A stretch of DNA of 59,413 nucleotides, filler included, from Platydemus manokwari (Eukaryota): assembly GCA_037951405.1 (NCBI GenBank). It is 5 parts of 5 records of this genome, joined end to end, with 100 filler letters (N's around TTAATTAATTAA, not from the genome) between each part and the next. Parts side by side here need not be neighbours in the genome. Positions count along the whole stretch, not along the records: positions 38,726 to 47,885 come from JBBMOY011290206.1; positions 47,986 to 59,413 come from JBBMOY010682208.1; 3 more parts are not named here. One strand, given 5' to 3'. Within the stretch, counting starts at the first letter, position 1, and every line of letters starts with the position of its first letter. The position numbers and the translations under genes are program-made. This document shows, piece after piece, positions 42,161 through 54,999 of this stretch. The notes beneath the pieces are model-generated. The model was not told where the DNA came from. It was given only the letters and a program-made list of their open reading frames with translations, and did no database searches.

Positions 42161-43824
42161 ATTTTATAATATTAACAATAAGAGTTCAATTAGGTAGTGC
42201 CCTGGTATTATTACTGAAATAATTTCAACAAAAATATGGATAAAAAAATAGTGCAATATTTGGTGGATTTTCTTTTCCATGACTTTATAGTTTTATTTAA
42301 GCTTTCTTTCTTTATCTTTTATTTAATGGGACATACTTGGAAAAAAAATCAATAGTTTATTCATAATCCTAACAATGATCATAAAATACTATAAAAAATA
42401 AATCACTTTCTCAATATTTAGCCTAACGTTATCTAGTTGAAATAATGGAAGATCGACTTATTAAATAAACTATTTATCGAACATTATTTACTTCTAATTA
42501 ATTTTTTAAAATTCTAAAAATACGAGGGCAATTTTCACCGTGTGTGTGAGGATTTTAAAATTTAACGACGAGTTACTAATCGAAAAGTCACTGATTACAA
42601 CGCAAAAATTCATCGATAGACTGACTTCACGAATCATTTATAATTATCAATATTCACAATTTAATAATTCCTTCACAGATGAATACAAATCCATGACTAT
42701 TTCAATAACAGGCATTATAAATAAATTTTAAAAATAAATTTTGGTTTTTCATCAGCAGAAAATTTTAATGGGAAAGAAAAATTTTATTCGATTAACAAAA
42801 ATCGACATTTCAGAATAAATTATAAATGATATTTATAAATTCTGCAAAGAACTTTTCCGTCTCATAGTCCATAGGCCGGAAAACATTTTAAATATAGAAA
42901 TGCCATCTCATTCAACTTTTCAATGTTAATTTTTGAAATTGAATGCCGATTTTCTCCAACATCATCATATCACAAATAATCGATTTGTTTTCTATCAGAT
43001 TCAGTATTAATAAACACCAATGATCAACAATTCCGTAAACTTAAATATGTCAAATTTTCATATTTCGCACAATCATATAAAATCCGGAAATTACTCAAAA
43101 CAATATTTATAATTTTAATATTCTTCATTTATAAAAACATAAGCAAATTGGAACTTAATGATTTCTTTTAATAAAAATAATATTGCATAATTTGTGAAGA
43201 GTATTTCAATAAACCACTTTATAATATAAGGATTGTAAAATATTGTTAAATAATTCATTAAATAACTGTTTAACATATTAATTATGTATCAATTGAATAA
43301 TAATCATAACAATTTATTATTATTATATAATATCGAGTACAGATTATGTTGTGATGAAAATCTCAATGACAAATTTACTGTCTTTCTCGTGTATGTTTGT
43401 CACAAGTTAAAACTATTTAAAGCGAATAAGGAGTTTGTCCAATCAAAATTCAACAGCATTTTCGGTAATGTTTCATATTATTTTTTATCTCTAATTTTTA
43501 TAATTATCGATTTGGAAAATTTAATTATTTATTTTTATTTAAGCACGTAATGTGTTAATAAAAGCCTTCTTATTCCATTGTGTCATATATCGACACATAT
43601 ATCGATCTCATACTAATGAATTCCTCAATACAAGATCAGGATATCTATAATGTCCAATATGATATTAGTTATTATAAATATTATTATTTATTCGAGTTCA
43701 AGACGATCATAAATCTGAAGAGAATGGAATCAATCGACCACAGACAAAGATAATCAGATGAGATCAATGAATCAAAAAATTTTACACCTGACCCAATGAA
43801 AATGGAGAAAAAGATCCTCATCTG

Positions 43825-46800
43825 TCAGTTGACGACATTAATGACAGATGAAATATCAATTTTAGCTCGTTCATGCATATCTTCAAATGACATCGAAAGC
43901 AATGCTTTCAAACTACTATTCACGTCGTCATTGATGACAAGATCATCAAAAGGATTATATTCCCTGCTAAATATTTTCATGGTTTTATTTTCGGTTCTTT
44001 GACAAGATAAAATATCTCTGATGGCTTTGATTTGGTGATTTAATTCGTCTTCCTTGATTTTAAAGTAATCCGATCCTGCCTTAACGATGGCCTGAATCCA
44101 ATCCTAAATGGAAAATGAAAGAAACATTACCTATCTATCTAATCACAAGATATATTATCAATTATATCAATATAAAATAATTCTCACGTTTGAGATAACA
44201 AATTAATGCGATTAAGCATTTTGAAAAATTAAAATTAATTTTAAATCATAACTCTTAACGAAAATAAAAAAATAAAAAACATATATTTAAATAATTTGTT
44301 TGAATAATAAATGTATTTTGTGAGTTGATATTCCCATATTAGATTCTGAGAAAATCAATACCAGAAAAGTATCTGATGTTATAGAAGACAGAGAAAATAT
44401 ATTAAAAAAAATATAGATAAAGAGAATATACTATAAAAATATAAAATTCAATAACAAAAGATGTAAAAATTCAAAGATTTAGGTGAAAGGTGGATGTATG
44501 GATTTTAAAGATTTTATAAATAATTTAAATAATTATTTTAAATAAAACAAATAATTTGTTTGAATATTTGAACTAAAAAGTTATTATTTACACCTTTTAA
44601 AGCATGAATTTAAACCGTATCCATTTAATAGATAAAAGAAAAATTACTAAAAAATGTTTCCCAATGCAACAGTATCTAAGATTTCTAAATCAGATGAGAC
44701 AAATATTAGACAAACGATATATCAAAATCATCTAGTAAAAGTCTGTTATAGAATTATTATAGAATTATTCTATGTTTCCATCATTGTGTTTGACATATCA
44801 ATAAATATTATTTCCCATAAAACACAGAATTTATCCCAAATGAAATAAATGTTGGTAACAAATTGATTTATTAAATTATTATATTGGAAACCATTTAAAA
44901 ATAAATAAATATTAACGGGGTGTATAACGTGTGGATTTATGCCATTAAAAATCAGTCATCTCATTTAAACAAATAAACAATATTTGGTATAATAAATTAA
45001 ATAATAAATAATCGATATTTTATAAATTCAAGAATTTAATAAAAAAATTACTTACATATGATTTATTAATAAAATATATAATTATACAAATATGAATAAT
45101 TAATAAATTAATTAATTAAATGAAGATTAAATTAATAAAATGACTATTTTATTGATTGAAAAATAATTTAACAAATCAAAGATAATAAATTATAATTAAT
45201 TATATTAGTAAAATAGCTTAAATAAATCAATTTTTTAATTGTTGAAAATATTAAGATGAATAATAATCGAGTTATGATTTATTAAATTTTATTTATAAAA
45301 ATAAACAAAAAATAATTAATAAAGTCGGAATGTATAAAGAGCAGAAGGGGTTCAAATAATAAAATAATTGTTTCAATTGAGGAATCTCTTCCTTAACAAA
45401 TCTAGGAGGATTATTCAATTGATTCACGTTGAGGTGGAAATTATTCAATTGCACATATTTAATAAATCTAATCTTGTTTGTTTTAGCTTGATTATATTTG
45501 GTACCAGTGCAAGACTCGTTATGCGTGAAATGGAAATTTTGGATAAAAAAATGCGGAAGCACTTCTACCCTTTATTCAAGCAGTTGTACGATCTGAGTCT
45601 ATCATCTATCAGGGACGAATGGAGATCATAGAGGAATTTGTAATGTCTTGGGTTTACTCAGTTAATCATTCTGTGAACTTTGTTAATCCAATTCACACGG
45701 AATTCACACACAACATCTGGAGTCTTACTGGAACAAGCACAATACTCAAATACAGAATATGCGTGTGTGTGTTTCGAAGACAATTTTTACACACAAACAT
45801 ATTAGAATTGATGTGGAGAGGCCGATTTGGTGTAAATGGATTTGCAAATCTATGCCAACACAATGCTTTACAATATCCTCAATAAATAAACTTTGTTAAT
45901 ATTTAGGTCCAGTTTTTTATTAATTTTGAGTGGAGATTCTTCAATTGATCCAAATAATCAATAAATATATTTTTAATTAATAAAATGACATTTTAATTAA
46001 AATCATTTCAATACAATATATCCAATAATCAGATAATTAGTTAATTGATCAATAATATCGTTATTGGAATTAATAATAAAAATAAATAATTTATTATTTT
46101 TTATCAATAAAATAAATAACTTTTAGTTTATCAGTAATTGGATATATTTATTATCAAATTAACTTAATTAAAATCATAACAATCATACCGAATAAATAAT
46201 AATCAATAATTCCAATCGTAACCATAACGGATAAATAATTGGCGAAATTTGATTAATAATCTGACTGCAATATCGATATGAGTTGCTCATGATTTCATAT
46301 CACATATGACTCATCGATGACGTCACTCATAGCAACTGAATGTTCCTCAGGTAATTTGGATGACATTCAAAATGAAACCACGTATTATATCGAATAACAT
46401 TTAATCAGATCGACAATTGGATAAATTTCAAAAAAATCATTTTCTCTCAAAATATGTTGCAAATTGACTCCATCGATTAATCAGGTTGATTTATTTAATA
46501 TTTTAATAAAAAATATTTTCCATATTATCAGTTGATTTTATAAAGAAATTCTCGAAAAAATGATTAAATTATCAATATGGAGAAATATTCATCGAAAAAC
46601 CAATCAATAAATATAAAAGAAATTCCAAAAACCACAAGCGCAGATCAGAAATAACCGGTTGTCACAATTTTCCAATGAGGTGTGAATAATCTATTATAAT
46701 TGAGATAAGAATAATTTTCAATATTAAAATGTCAATATTGATTTTCAACAATGCAAAATTGATAATTTTTCAAGGTCCGTGTGATGGTAAACAATGTATT

Positions 46801-47557
46801 GATCAATACACAGACAAGCACACATCAGTCACACAAACACACATGCAATCATGCATTGGCAAATGTCTACGTAATAATTTACACCAATGGGAATCAATTT
46901 TCATTGGTTGAAATTTCGCAACGGTGAAATTTGAAAAGATATCTCATTACAAACTCACGAATTCGTTTTATGGAAACAAATCAATTATTTAAAATGGAAA
47001 ATAAGCTAAAGAAACGAATGAAACATTATGAAATTATAAAGAAATGTTAATGCTAGAAATAATTAATATCTAAAATAGCGTAATCATAAAATTAAAGATT
47101 AATGGGTTAAACAGCTTCATTAGTTCGAAAAACTTACATATTTGTATTAAGTGATATCTTTTAAATAGTAAACTTAATTAAATTTTTAAATAACCTCAAT
47201 TAATTAATTTACCATATTGCTCAAACGTACTTTTAACTCACCATCTGATTCAGAAGCAAAAATATAATTCTTTGTGCACTTATCGTGATGATGTCCTAAT
47301 TTGATTTGAAATGCATGTTCTTGTTTAGGATCGTCAAATATTTCCACAATATAATTTTCCAATAATATTACACCCAAGGGTTCAGTATCGGTAGTGGGCA
47401 TTTTATCAAAATAGATGAATAGATTAGCTATCAATACAAAGTATCTTCGTTGATAATTCTTTTTCGTTTCAGAACTCTTCTTCAGTAGATAGCCACATTT
47501 GTCTGATTTGGAGTTATTTATTAAATAAGTCAAAGTTTTTTCATTAAAAATTTTCAT
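43825..47557 (-). CDS. PHETA1: Sesquipedalian / PHETA (FAM109, IPIP27) PH-domain protein
   Basis: Exon 47557-47231 encodes MKIFNEKTL...GYLLKK...YQRRYFVL.ANLFIYF...EPLGVILLE. Exon 44103-43825 encodes DWIQAIVKAGSDYF, a coiled coil, an NPF, and the F&H motif FEDMHE. The intron is phase-0 GT-AG. Confidence 0.9.
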
Positions 47558-47885
47558 CAAAATTTGACCTGAAAAACCGATTATCAGTTAGATTTTGTGT
47601 GGTTTAATTAACATTCATAATAAATACATAAACAAAATTACTGGAAATAATTAAATTTGTATAATTTGAATATCTTATTTTAAAATTCAATTCCAAATGT
47701 GAAGATTGAGTTAATTATCCTTCAGTTTGAATTATTAAAACAAATCACTTTCAAATATAGATAAATTATATTAATTGATTTCATAACTTAAACGAAGATA
47801 AATACGAGAAAATATTGATATCGTATTTATTATTCAGGTGCCTTGAAAAAATAACAATATTTCCTAAGAATTCATCTCCTGCGTC

Positions 47886-47985
47886 NNNNNNNNNNNNNNN
47901 NNNNNNNNNNNNNNNNNNNNNNNNNNNNNTTAATTAATTAANNNNNNNNNNNNNNNNNNNNNNNNNNNNNNNNNNNNNNNNNNNN
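47886..47985. other. Assembly gap spacer
   Basis: N-run with central TTAATTAATTAA. Confidence 0.97.
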
Positions 47986-48199
47986 ACATTAAAAATTAAA
48001 TATTCTGTTTCTTTTTTCACTGTCTGATTTGTATATAATATATACTAATTTATATTTTCCATGTTCTTTACATTTCATCCAAATTACATGTTAACGATTA
48101 TTACAAAAAAATAATTATATATAATTACAAGAATTCATAATCATAATTCATAATCAAAATCACAGATGATCAGAATATCATAAATCATTAAAATATCAA

Positions 48200-48720
48200 G
48201 TTAATATCAGAATTCGCAGTTTGCAGATGAATCCTTGCCGACATCTGGTGTCCAAATCCACGCACCAGCTTTGGGTGGCCCATGTTTCCCATTTTGGGTT
48301 TTGTTTTTTAGTGTTTCTCGATTATTGGTGTAGCGGGTCTTTCGGGTTTTTGTCTGGGAAATGTTCTTGGTTTTTTGAACACATGGTTATTTCGTGACGA
48401 CTGTGGCAGTTGCGGTTGCTGAGGTAGCTGCTGTTGCTACCTTCATTCATTGGAAGACTTGATGGTATATGGAATCTTTTTGTCTTGGCTCTCCTCATTA
48501 TCTGAGTATGGCACTATACGCTTCATATAGTCTTCCCAACAATTACATTTGCAGTAAGTCATTCCTATCTCCGGTGATTGCATAGGAATTAAAAAAATAT
48601 ACATCATCCCAATCTGGATTGCATGAGTATATGATAGCATTTCGAAGGCATTCATGCATATCACACAAACTGCATGTATATAAAGCTAACAAATTTGCGA
48701 GACACTGACAAATAAGTCTC
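48200..48720 (-). pseudogene. Decayed Cys-rich (B-box-like) and Q/P-rich coding relic
   Basis: Frames read LICQCLANLLALYTCSLCDMHEC, then YCKCNCWEDY, then QQQLPQQPQLPQ, with stops and frameshifts between them. Confidence 0.3.
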
Positions 48721-49401
48721 TTGAATTTACGGTTTTTTCTTTATAAATCTTAGTTTGAGCCAAATAAATTAATAGCAAACCTTTCAATTCAAAAATTATT
48801 CAAATACAATAACCAAATTCAACACAATAACCATTCATATTTTGAGTAGACATTTCATTTGCATGAATATCTGCATCAGATTTTTCATGTTTGTTAAGAA
48901 GTGTTTTAATTCAGCAGCATGTGAGATTAACAAAGCTTTTAACTGATCTAAAGGTTGTCTAATTTAAAGAAATTTAATTTGTCGAGAAAAACAAAACATT
49001 TCTTTTGTTTCTTCATTAAATTTTAGAGCCTTAAAATAAGGAATTGAAAACTTTATTTTTAAAAAATTCTTATTTCTGTATTTCTCAATCTATAAAAATA
49101 GATATCTATGAAATAAACTCATTAGGAGAAAATACGTTTTATTAATAGCATACAAATGACAATAGTAAATAATGGGCAACAAATAAGGCAATAGGATACG
49201 GGTTGTTGTGCATTTATATTTTCGTTGATAGTTTTCTTGATAATCAATTGCAGTGTTATGAATTTGAAAATTAAACACACGCGTATACATACCAAAAACT
49301 CATTCTTCAATTTTTATAAGAAAATTAATGGTTACAGAAAAATTATGAAAGCACCACAGCATATTTAAAGCTTTACAAAAATAAGATCGTCATTAATAAA
49401 A

Positions 49402-50311
49402 ATGATAAAAATATTTTTAATCATTTTAAATCTAGCTTGTATTTATTGTCAATTTAACTTTGTTAGTGAAATGGTTTGTGTATTCAAGCCATCCAGTGAA
49501 AGAAAAGGAAGTAACTTGTTTGATTGCGTCATACAATGCACCTCAATCAATTGTCAAATATTTTACTTTGATGAGAAAGAAATGAAATGTTACTTTTACA
49601 TTTTCGAGAACATTTACGAATCAAACAATAGTTGCATTAATGTTCGAGCGTATTTCAATAATAATTTCGCTTCATTGGTTAGTTTTGATTCGTACATCAT
49701 TAAACAACTTTTATTTCTTTATTTAGTTTTCAAATTCAAATCATGCGAGATATCGAGTACTAAAAGGACTTCGTGCTCATTTCTTAAACGTGGAGACTAA
49801 TTTTTTCACGATTTCACAGGGAAGCCAGAGTGAACTTATTACATTAGGAACTCATAAAAAAGGCGGAATAGCAGCAGCAGCTAGTAAATATAAATCGAAT
49901 AGTTTAATTGTATGGGGAAACATGGATCTCACCAATTCAATGAACAACTATAAATCTGATGCACAAGTTGTCGCCAACAATCTTGTGTCATATTTAACGG
50001 AAGGCAAATGTCAAAGTTATTTTACTTGTTATCACTCGATTGGTGAGTTCCATGAATTTGTTGGCATCAAAAATTTGGTTTTTCGAGTTTTATCAACATC
50101 GATATTAGATATTGATAGTTTCGTTTGCAATATGGTTGAGAATCAATGGAGTGTTATTGGTGCAGGTAAATTGAATGGATCTTCAAGAAATGCTACTAAA
50201 TTGTTGAAGTTATTTGGATTTTGTTTAACTGATAGAACAATTGTGAGGAAAATAACATCTACTGGTATCATTTGCAAATCTAAACAACAAGAGGAATACA
50301 AATGCGATTAG
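49402..50311 (+). CDS. Secreted protein (~286 aa): signal peptide, PAN/apple-like module and TCAF/FAM115 N-terminal-like domain
   Basis: Exons 49402-49677 and 49727-50311 are joined by a 49-nt phase-0 gttagt...tttag intron. Hydrophobic N-terminus, then DCVIQCTSINCQIFYF.....KCYFY, then AAASKY....IVWG...NLVSYL...KLLKLFGFCLTD. Confidence 0.7.
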
Positions 50312-52445
50312 ATAATTAGGAATGACAATTTTTTTAGTTAATCATCGATATATTTAACTCATTATTAATTTGACACATTTATTGATTAATTGTTCTTGAA
50401 ATTTTCATGCATTTTTTGTTAAAATATATCTCATGATATTGATTGGATATTGAATGGATCACCTTTAGTTCAAACAAACTGATGATGAAGAATAAATGTA
50501 TTTTAACGATTCGCAAAATCTAAAATTATTCTAAAACCAACTCGTTAACAAATGACATGGTAATGTTAATCATAATAAATGAAGTGATTAAAAATATGAC
50601 ACCAATCGTATCAAAAATCAATACTAAAATTCTTTAATTCGCAATTATTGAGTAAACAAATCTCAAGCATAATGTAAGTATTTCCTTCATTTTTCTTCGT
50701 TTCCTGGCTTTATTCAGATGACATCATGAAATATTTTCATATTTTGATGTAATGAGAGCGTAAATTCTAATAAATTGATTTTTCTAATTTGAATTATAGA
50801 TGAGGTGCACTTGAATTTATTTTTGTGATTGATATTCCGATTTTGTTGATTGCATGTTTTATGATCAAGAGCCATCTTTACAAACCACTGATAAGAGTTT
50901 TAGTTTTCGTTTAATTGGATTTATCTAAGTTTTTTACTAAAATAGATTGATTTTCTTGTTCCTAACACATATTAAAAATTTTTTGAATATTTTCCGATTA
51001 AAATCGGATTTGAATTATGTTATTTATTGTTGGTTACAATGTTATGAGATTTTGAAAAATAAATAAATAATAGATCAATAAATAATTCATTCATCGATAA
51101 TGTGTGTGTGAAAAGAAATAACTTTTTATTAGTTAATTTTTAAATCAATTTTAATGTTTTTTGGATAAATTAATGATTATCATCAATTAAAAGGATCAAT
51201 AATAAATGCACATATTATTTATTAAAATAATCAATTATTTTTATTATATGGATAGGAATGTGATTTTATTTTAAATATTTTTAAAAAATCTTAAAATTAT
51301 TTTGATATTAGACCACGAATGGGTGTTTGAAGAAATTACAAAATAATTAATAATTCTGCAGCTCAGCTTATCAAATTATTGATTTATTGTTGACCTCGTC
51401 ATGAGATAGTGAGTCAAAATTCCATTTCGTTTGAACACTGAATCCTTTATCATAAATTTATCCACACAAAACATTCACATATTTTATATATTGATTGTAA
51501 TCATAAAAGTGACTGCGATATGGTGTTGTTTTGTCGACAAAATTTTGAAACAATGTTTAGTTTTACTATATCGAATGAGTGAAATAAAAATCTTATCTGA
51601 TGTTTGTTCCTGCCATACATTGTTTAAGCCAGGCACTAATTTAGACTTCTAAAGAGAAAGAGACGAAAATCATTTGTGATGAAATTTATTAAATTTTTCA
51701 TTAGATGTGATACCTGATAAACTTAATCGATCCAGCAAAACATTTGAAAATTTTATAACATTAAGCGACTTAACATACACCTATATGGATTTTTGAAATG
51801 AAATAATTATTACGACGAATCAAAGTTTCGCCATCAATAGAATTGAATAATAAAACTTGGTAATGAAAATTATTTCGATTATTAGAAAAATTGATTCGTT
51901 AATAATGGATTTTATTTATAATCGTGATCAATAAAAAGTTAATCGATATTAAGAAGAATATACTGAGTATAAATTGCAACTATGAGTCCTAATAGCAAAA
52001 TGTTAAAACAGATGTTTACTTGCATAGTAACGGCCATAGAGTCTACAAATTTACAAAATCGATTAATTAGAAAACAGTGGATAAATTATTACATGCAATA
52101 TTGATTTACAGAGACGATGAAAATAAATGGATCCAACTTGAAAATGATAACAGAATAAGTGTTACAGGAAAATATAAAGAAATTAGACAAAACAAAACTG
52201 TTCCAGATCAAGTAAGAATATAAATAAATTAGAACAAATCATTACTGTAAGGAATACATAAAAATATATGTAATAAGTATTTATTTAGTAAGGAACGACT
52301 TTTTGATAATCTCTAATAAATATTGTTTCCCATTACTTTCTGCAATAAAATAATTTAAATTTATCTTTGAAATCAATAAATAAAAATGAAAGAAAAATAA
52401 GTGATAAATTCTTTGAAAGTGAATATATTTGCTTATCAATCGAGG

Positions 52446-52731
52446 GTTATTAACGATATGTTTTTTTAATCAAAGATATGAATTTCTGTGTCGACATATT
52501 TGATGATAAACAGCTAGGACAATTAGTGTCTGAATCTGTGTAATGTTGAATGATTTCTATGCTAAGATTAGTTTATGAAATTTAAGATCACCACATAATA
52601 AATTATCTATGCATGTCCTGATATGCAATATTATTCAAATATTTTTCAAAGGTTAATTTTGATGCTTGATTCATGAATTTTAAATATTAGATGAATCTCC
52701 CCAATTAGCATTCATTGTCGTGTGACAATTT
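52446..52731. repeat. Diverged direct repeat, copy A
   Basis: Three collinear blocks are shared with 54452-54868 (gttattaacgat...tgtgtcga; atcaccacataa; gtcct.atatgca...tgtgaca). Confidence 0.7.
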
Positions 52732-54451
52732 CCTTTATTTATTTATCTTTTTTATTTATTGCTGATGATAGCACTACGTATCGTCCATCCTATGTAAAAT
52801 ACCACTATTTTTATGGTATTTTTTATTAATTTTGATCAGCATTATAAAAAAAATGTTTGTCATTTATATTTAGAGTCTAAAAATCCAAAAACATACTTTG
52901 GATATTCCGTAATGATCGAAATATACTTAAGAAGTTGAGTAAGAAAAAAAAATTCATTTCAATGTATAAAGGCTTCAACTAAAGTTTCTTGTTTTTATTC
53001 TTCAAGGAATACAACAATAATATCGAGTATATAAATCAATAAGAACTAAAATATATAAAAATCTCCCTTTAGATCCTTTAGGCATTACAACTGAATCTGC
53101 ACCATGTGTATTAGCATTTCCAAATATTTTAACCTTTAAAAATTATTTAGGTTTTTATTTTCATGATGGGCTGAATAGCGGTAGGGAATGGTTGCCGACA
53201 TCGATAAGTTTCATTCTTTCCTCATCTGGACTCCCCTATATTTTCTTAATATCTAAATTTTTTGCTTACGTGGTAAATGTGATAAGTCCTGTAGCAATGT
53301 TATTTAATGATATTTTATGAAACATAATTGAATTTCCTCAACAGATTTTTGATATTTGATTTTTATCATTTGTGCAGTTTTCCCATCTATTCTCATTTTT
53401 TCAAATTATGAAAACTATTTTTATCAAAAGGCAGAATAATTATAATACCAAAAAGTATCTTCATTTATAAGTCATTTGAATTTAAGATGAGCTATTATTC
53501 CTTACCTAATGTTTCTACATTTTATTGACACTGTCTCAAAGAATGTCTCTAATATCTTTAATATATAAATTTAATATATATCGTTAATATATTAATATCT
53601 TTAAAATATATAATATAATTAATATAGAATATAAAATATAATGAATATAACTCGTGTTGATTGATACATGATTAGTTTTTCGTAAATTCTTTCTTTAATT
53701 CTTATAGTTTATTGATTTATTATTTTGAGATTGTGAAAAAATATTATAAAAATATTTAAAGAGTCAACCGAGAATGTGCAATGAACATCTAGGGGTCCAA
53801 AAAATGTCCATCTCATTGATAATTCATATGAATTAGTGTATTTATAAATATTATGGTCTAGTAGTGAAAATGTTAATCTAATTATAAATCAATATCATAA
53901 ATGACATGAAAGAGCATTTGTGATTGAAAGACCGATTTTAAAAAACCAAAATTGCAATTCCTCTCTTTATCAATAATGGATATAATAATGCCTTATTTTC
54001 AAATTCTTTACAATAAAACCACGAAAACTCACTATTTCTATGTCTTTCGCAGTTTCCGTTTCAGTCAGTTTTTCAGTCTTTGTTACAGCTTCATGACATG
54101 CTTGCATCTCTACCTTCCTCGTCTATACGTCTTTTTTCAGATTATCTTAAAGTGACCCAAATATTTTGAAGTCTCTTCTTTTTTAAATATTGGCTCTTTA
54201 TGAGCTAAGTTAATTTTCTTATATCTGGATTCTTTTCATACAACAAATTTATATTTTGCATATTTATATTTCAGTCACAAATGGAATTATATAAGTCTCT
54301 TTCTTCTACCATTTCGTTATTTAAATAAATTCTTATTGTTGCATAACTTCATTCCAAATATTCTTTGAAATTCAATATCGACTCTGATTTATGGTGATAT
54401 ATATATATATATTCTTTTTTGATCTACTAATAATTTTAATATCAATGAAGA

Positions 54452-54868
54452 GTTATTAACGATCAGTTTTCTTAATCAAATATGTGAAATTATGTGTCGA
54501 GATTTTTCTTTTATATAATTCTATTCTAATTATTTATATAGATTTATAGATTTTAAATCACCACATAAAAGCGTTGATGCAAATACGTACTCAACTCAGT
54601 TAATTTGACCACCATCAATTAACTAGCACTTAAATTACTTTTCGTAAATGATAGAAATGTTTTCTCTAAATTGTGTTTCATAAATTTAAATTGTGCTTGT
54701 TTCTGCTATCCCAAACCGTGTGAGCACTGTATGAGTGATGATAAGTGTGTCCTAATATGCAGAATTATTCCAATGCTTATTCAAAGACAAATTTTGATTC
54801 TTGATGCTTGTATCTTTAATTGAAAGTTGAATCTCACCATTTCAGTAACCATTGTCATGTGACAGTTT
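54452..54868. repeat. Diverged direct repeat, copy B
   Basis: Matches 52446-52731, with insertions. Confidence 0.7.
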
Positions 54869-54999
54869 GTTTATTTTTATTAATGTCATTACCATATATT
54901 GATTGTCTAAATGTGCAAATATCAACATGGAACATCAAACTAGACACTGACGAGTAAAAAGAAATAAGATATTTATATTTTTTGGTAAAGTATGAATGT

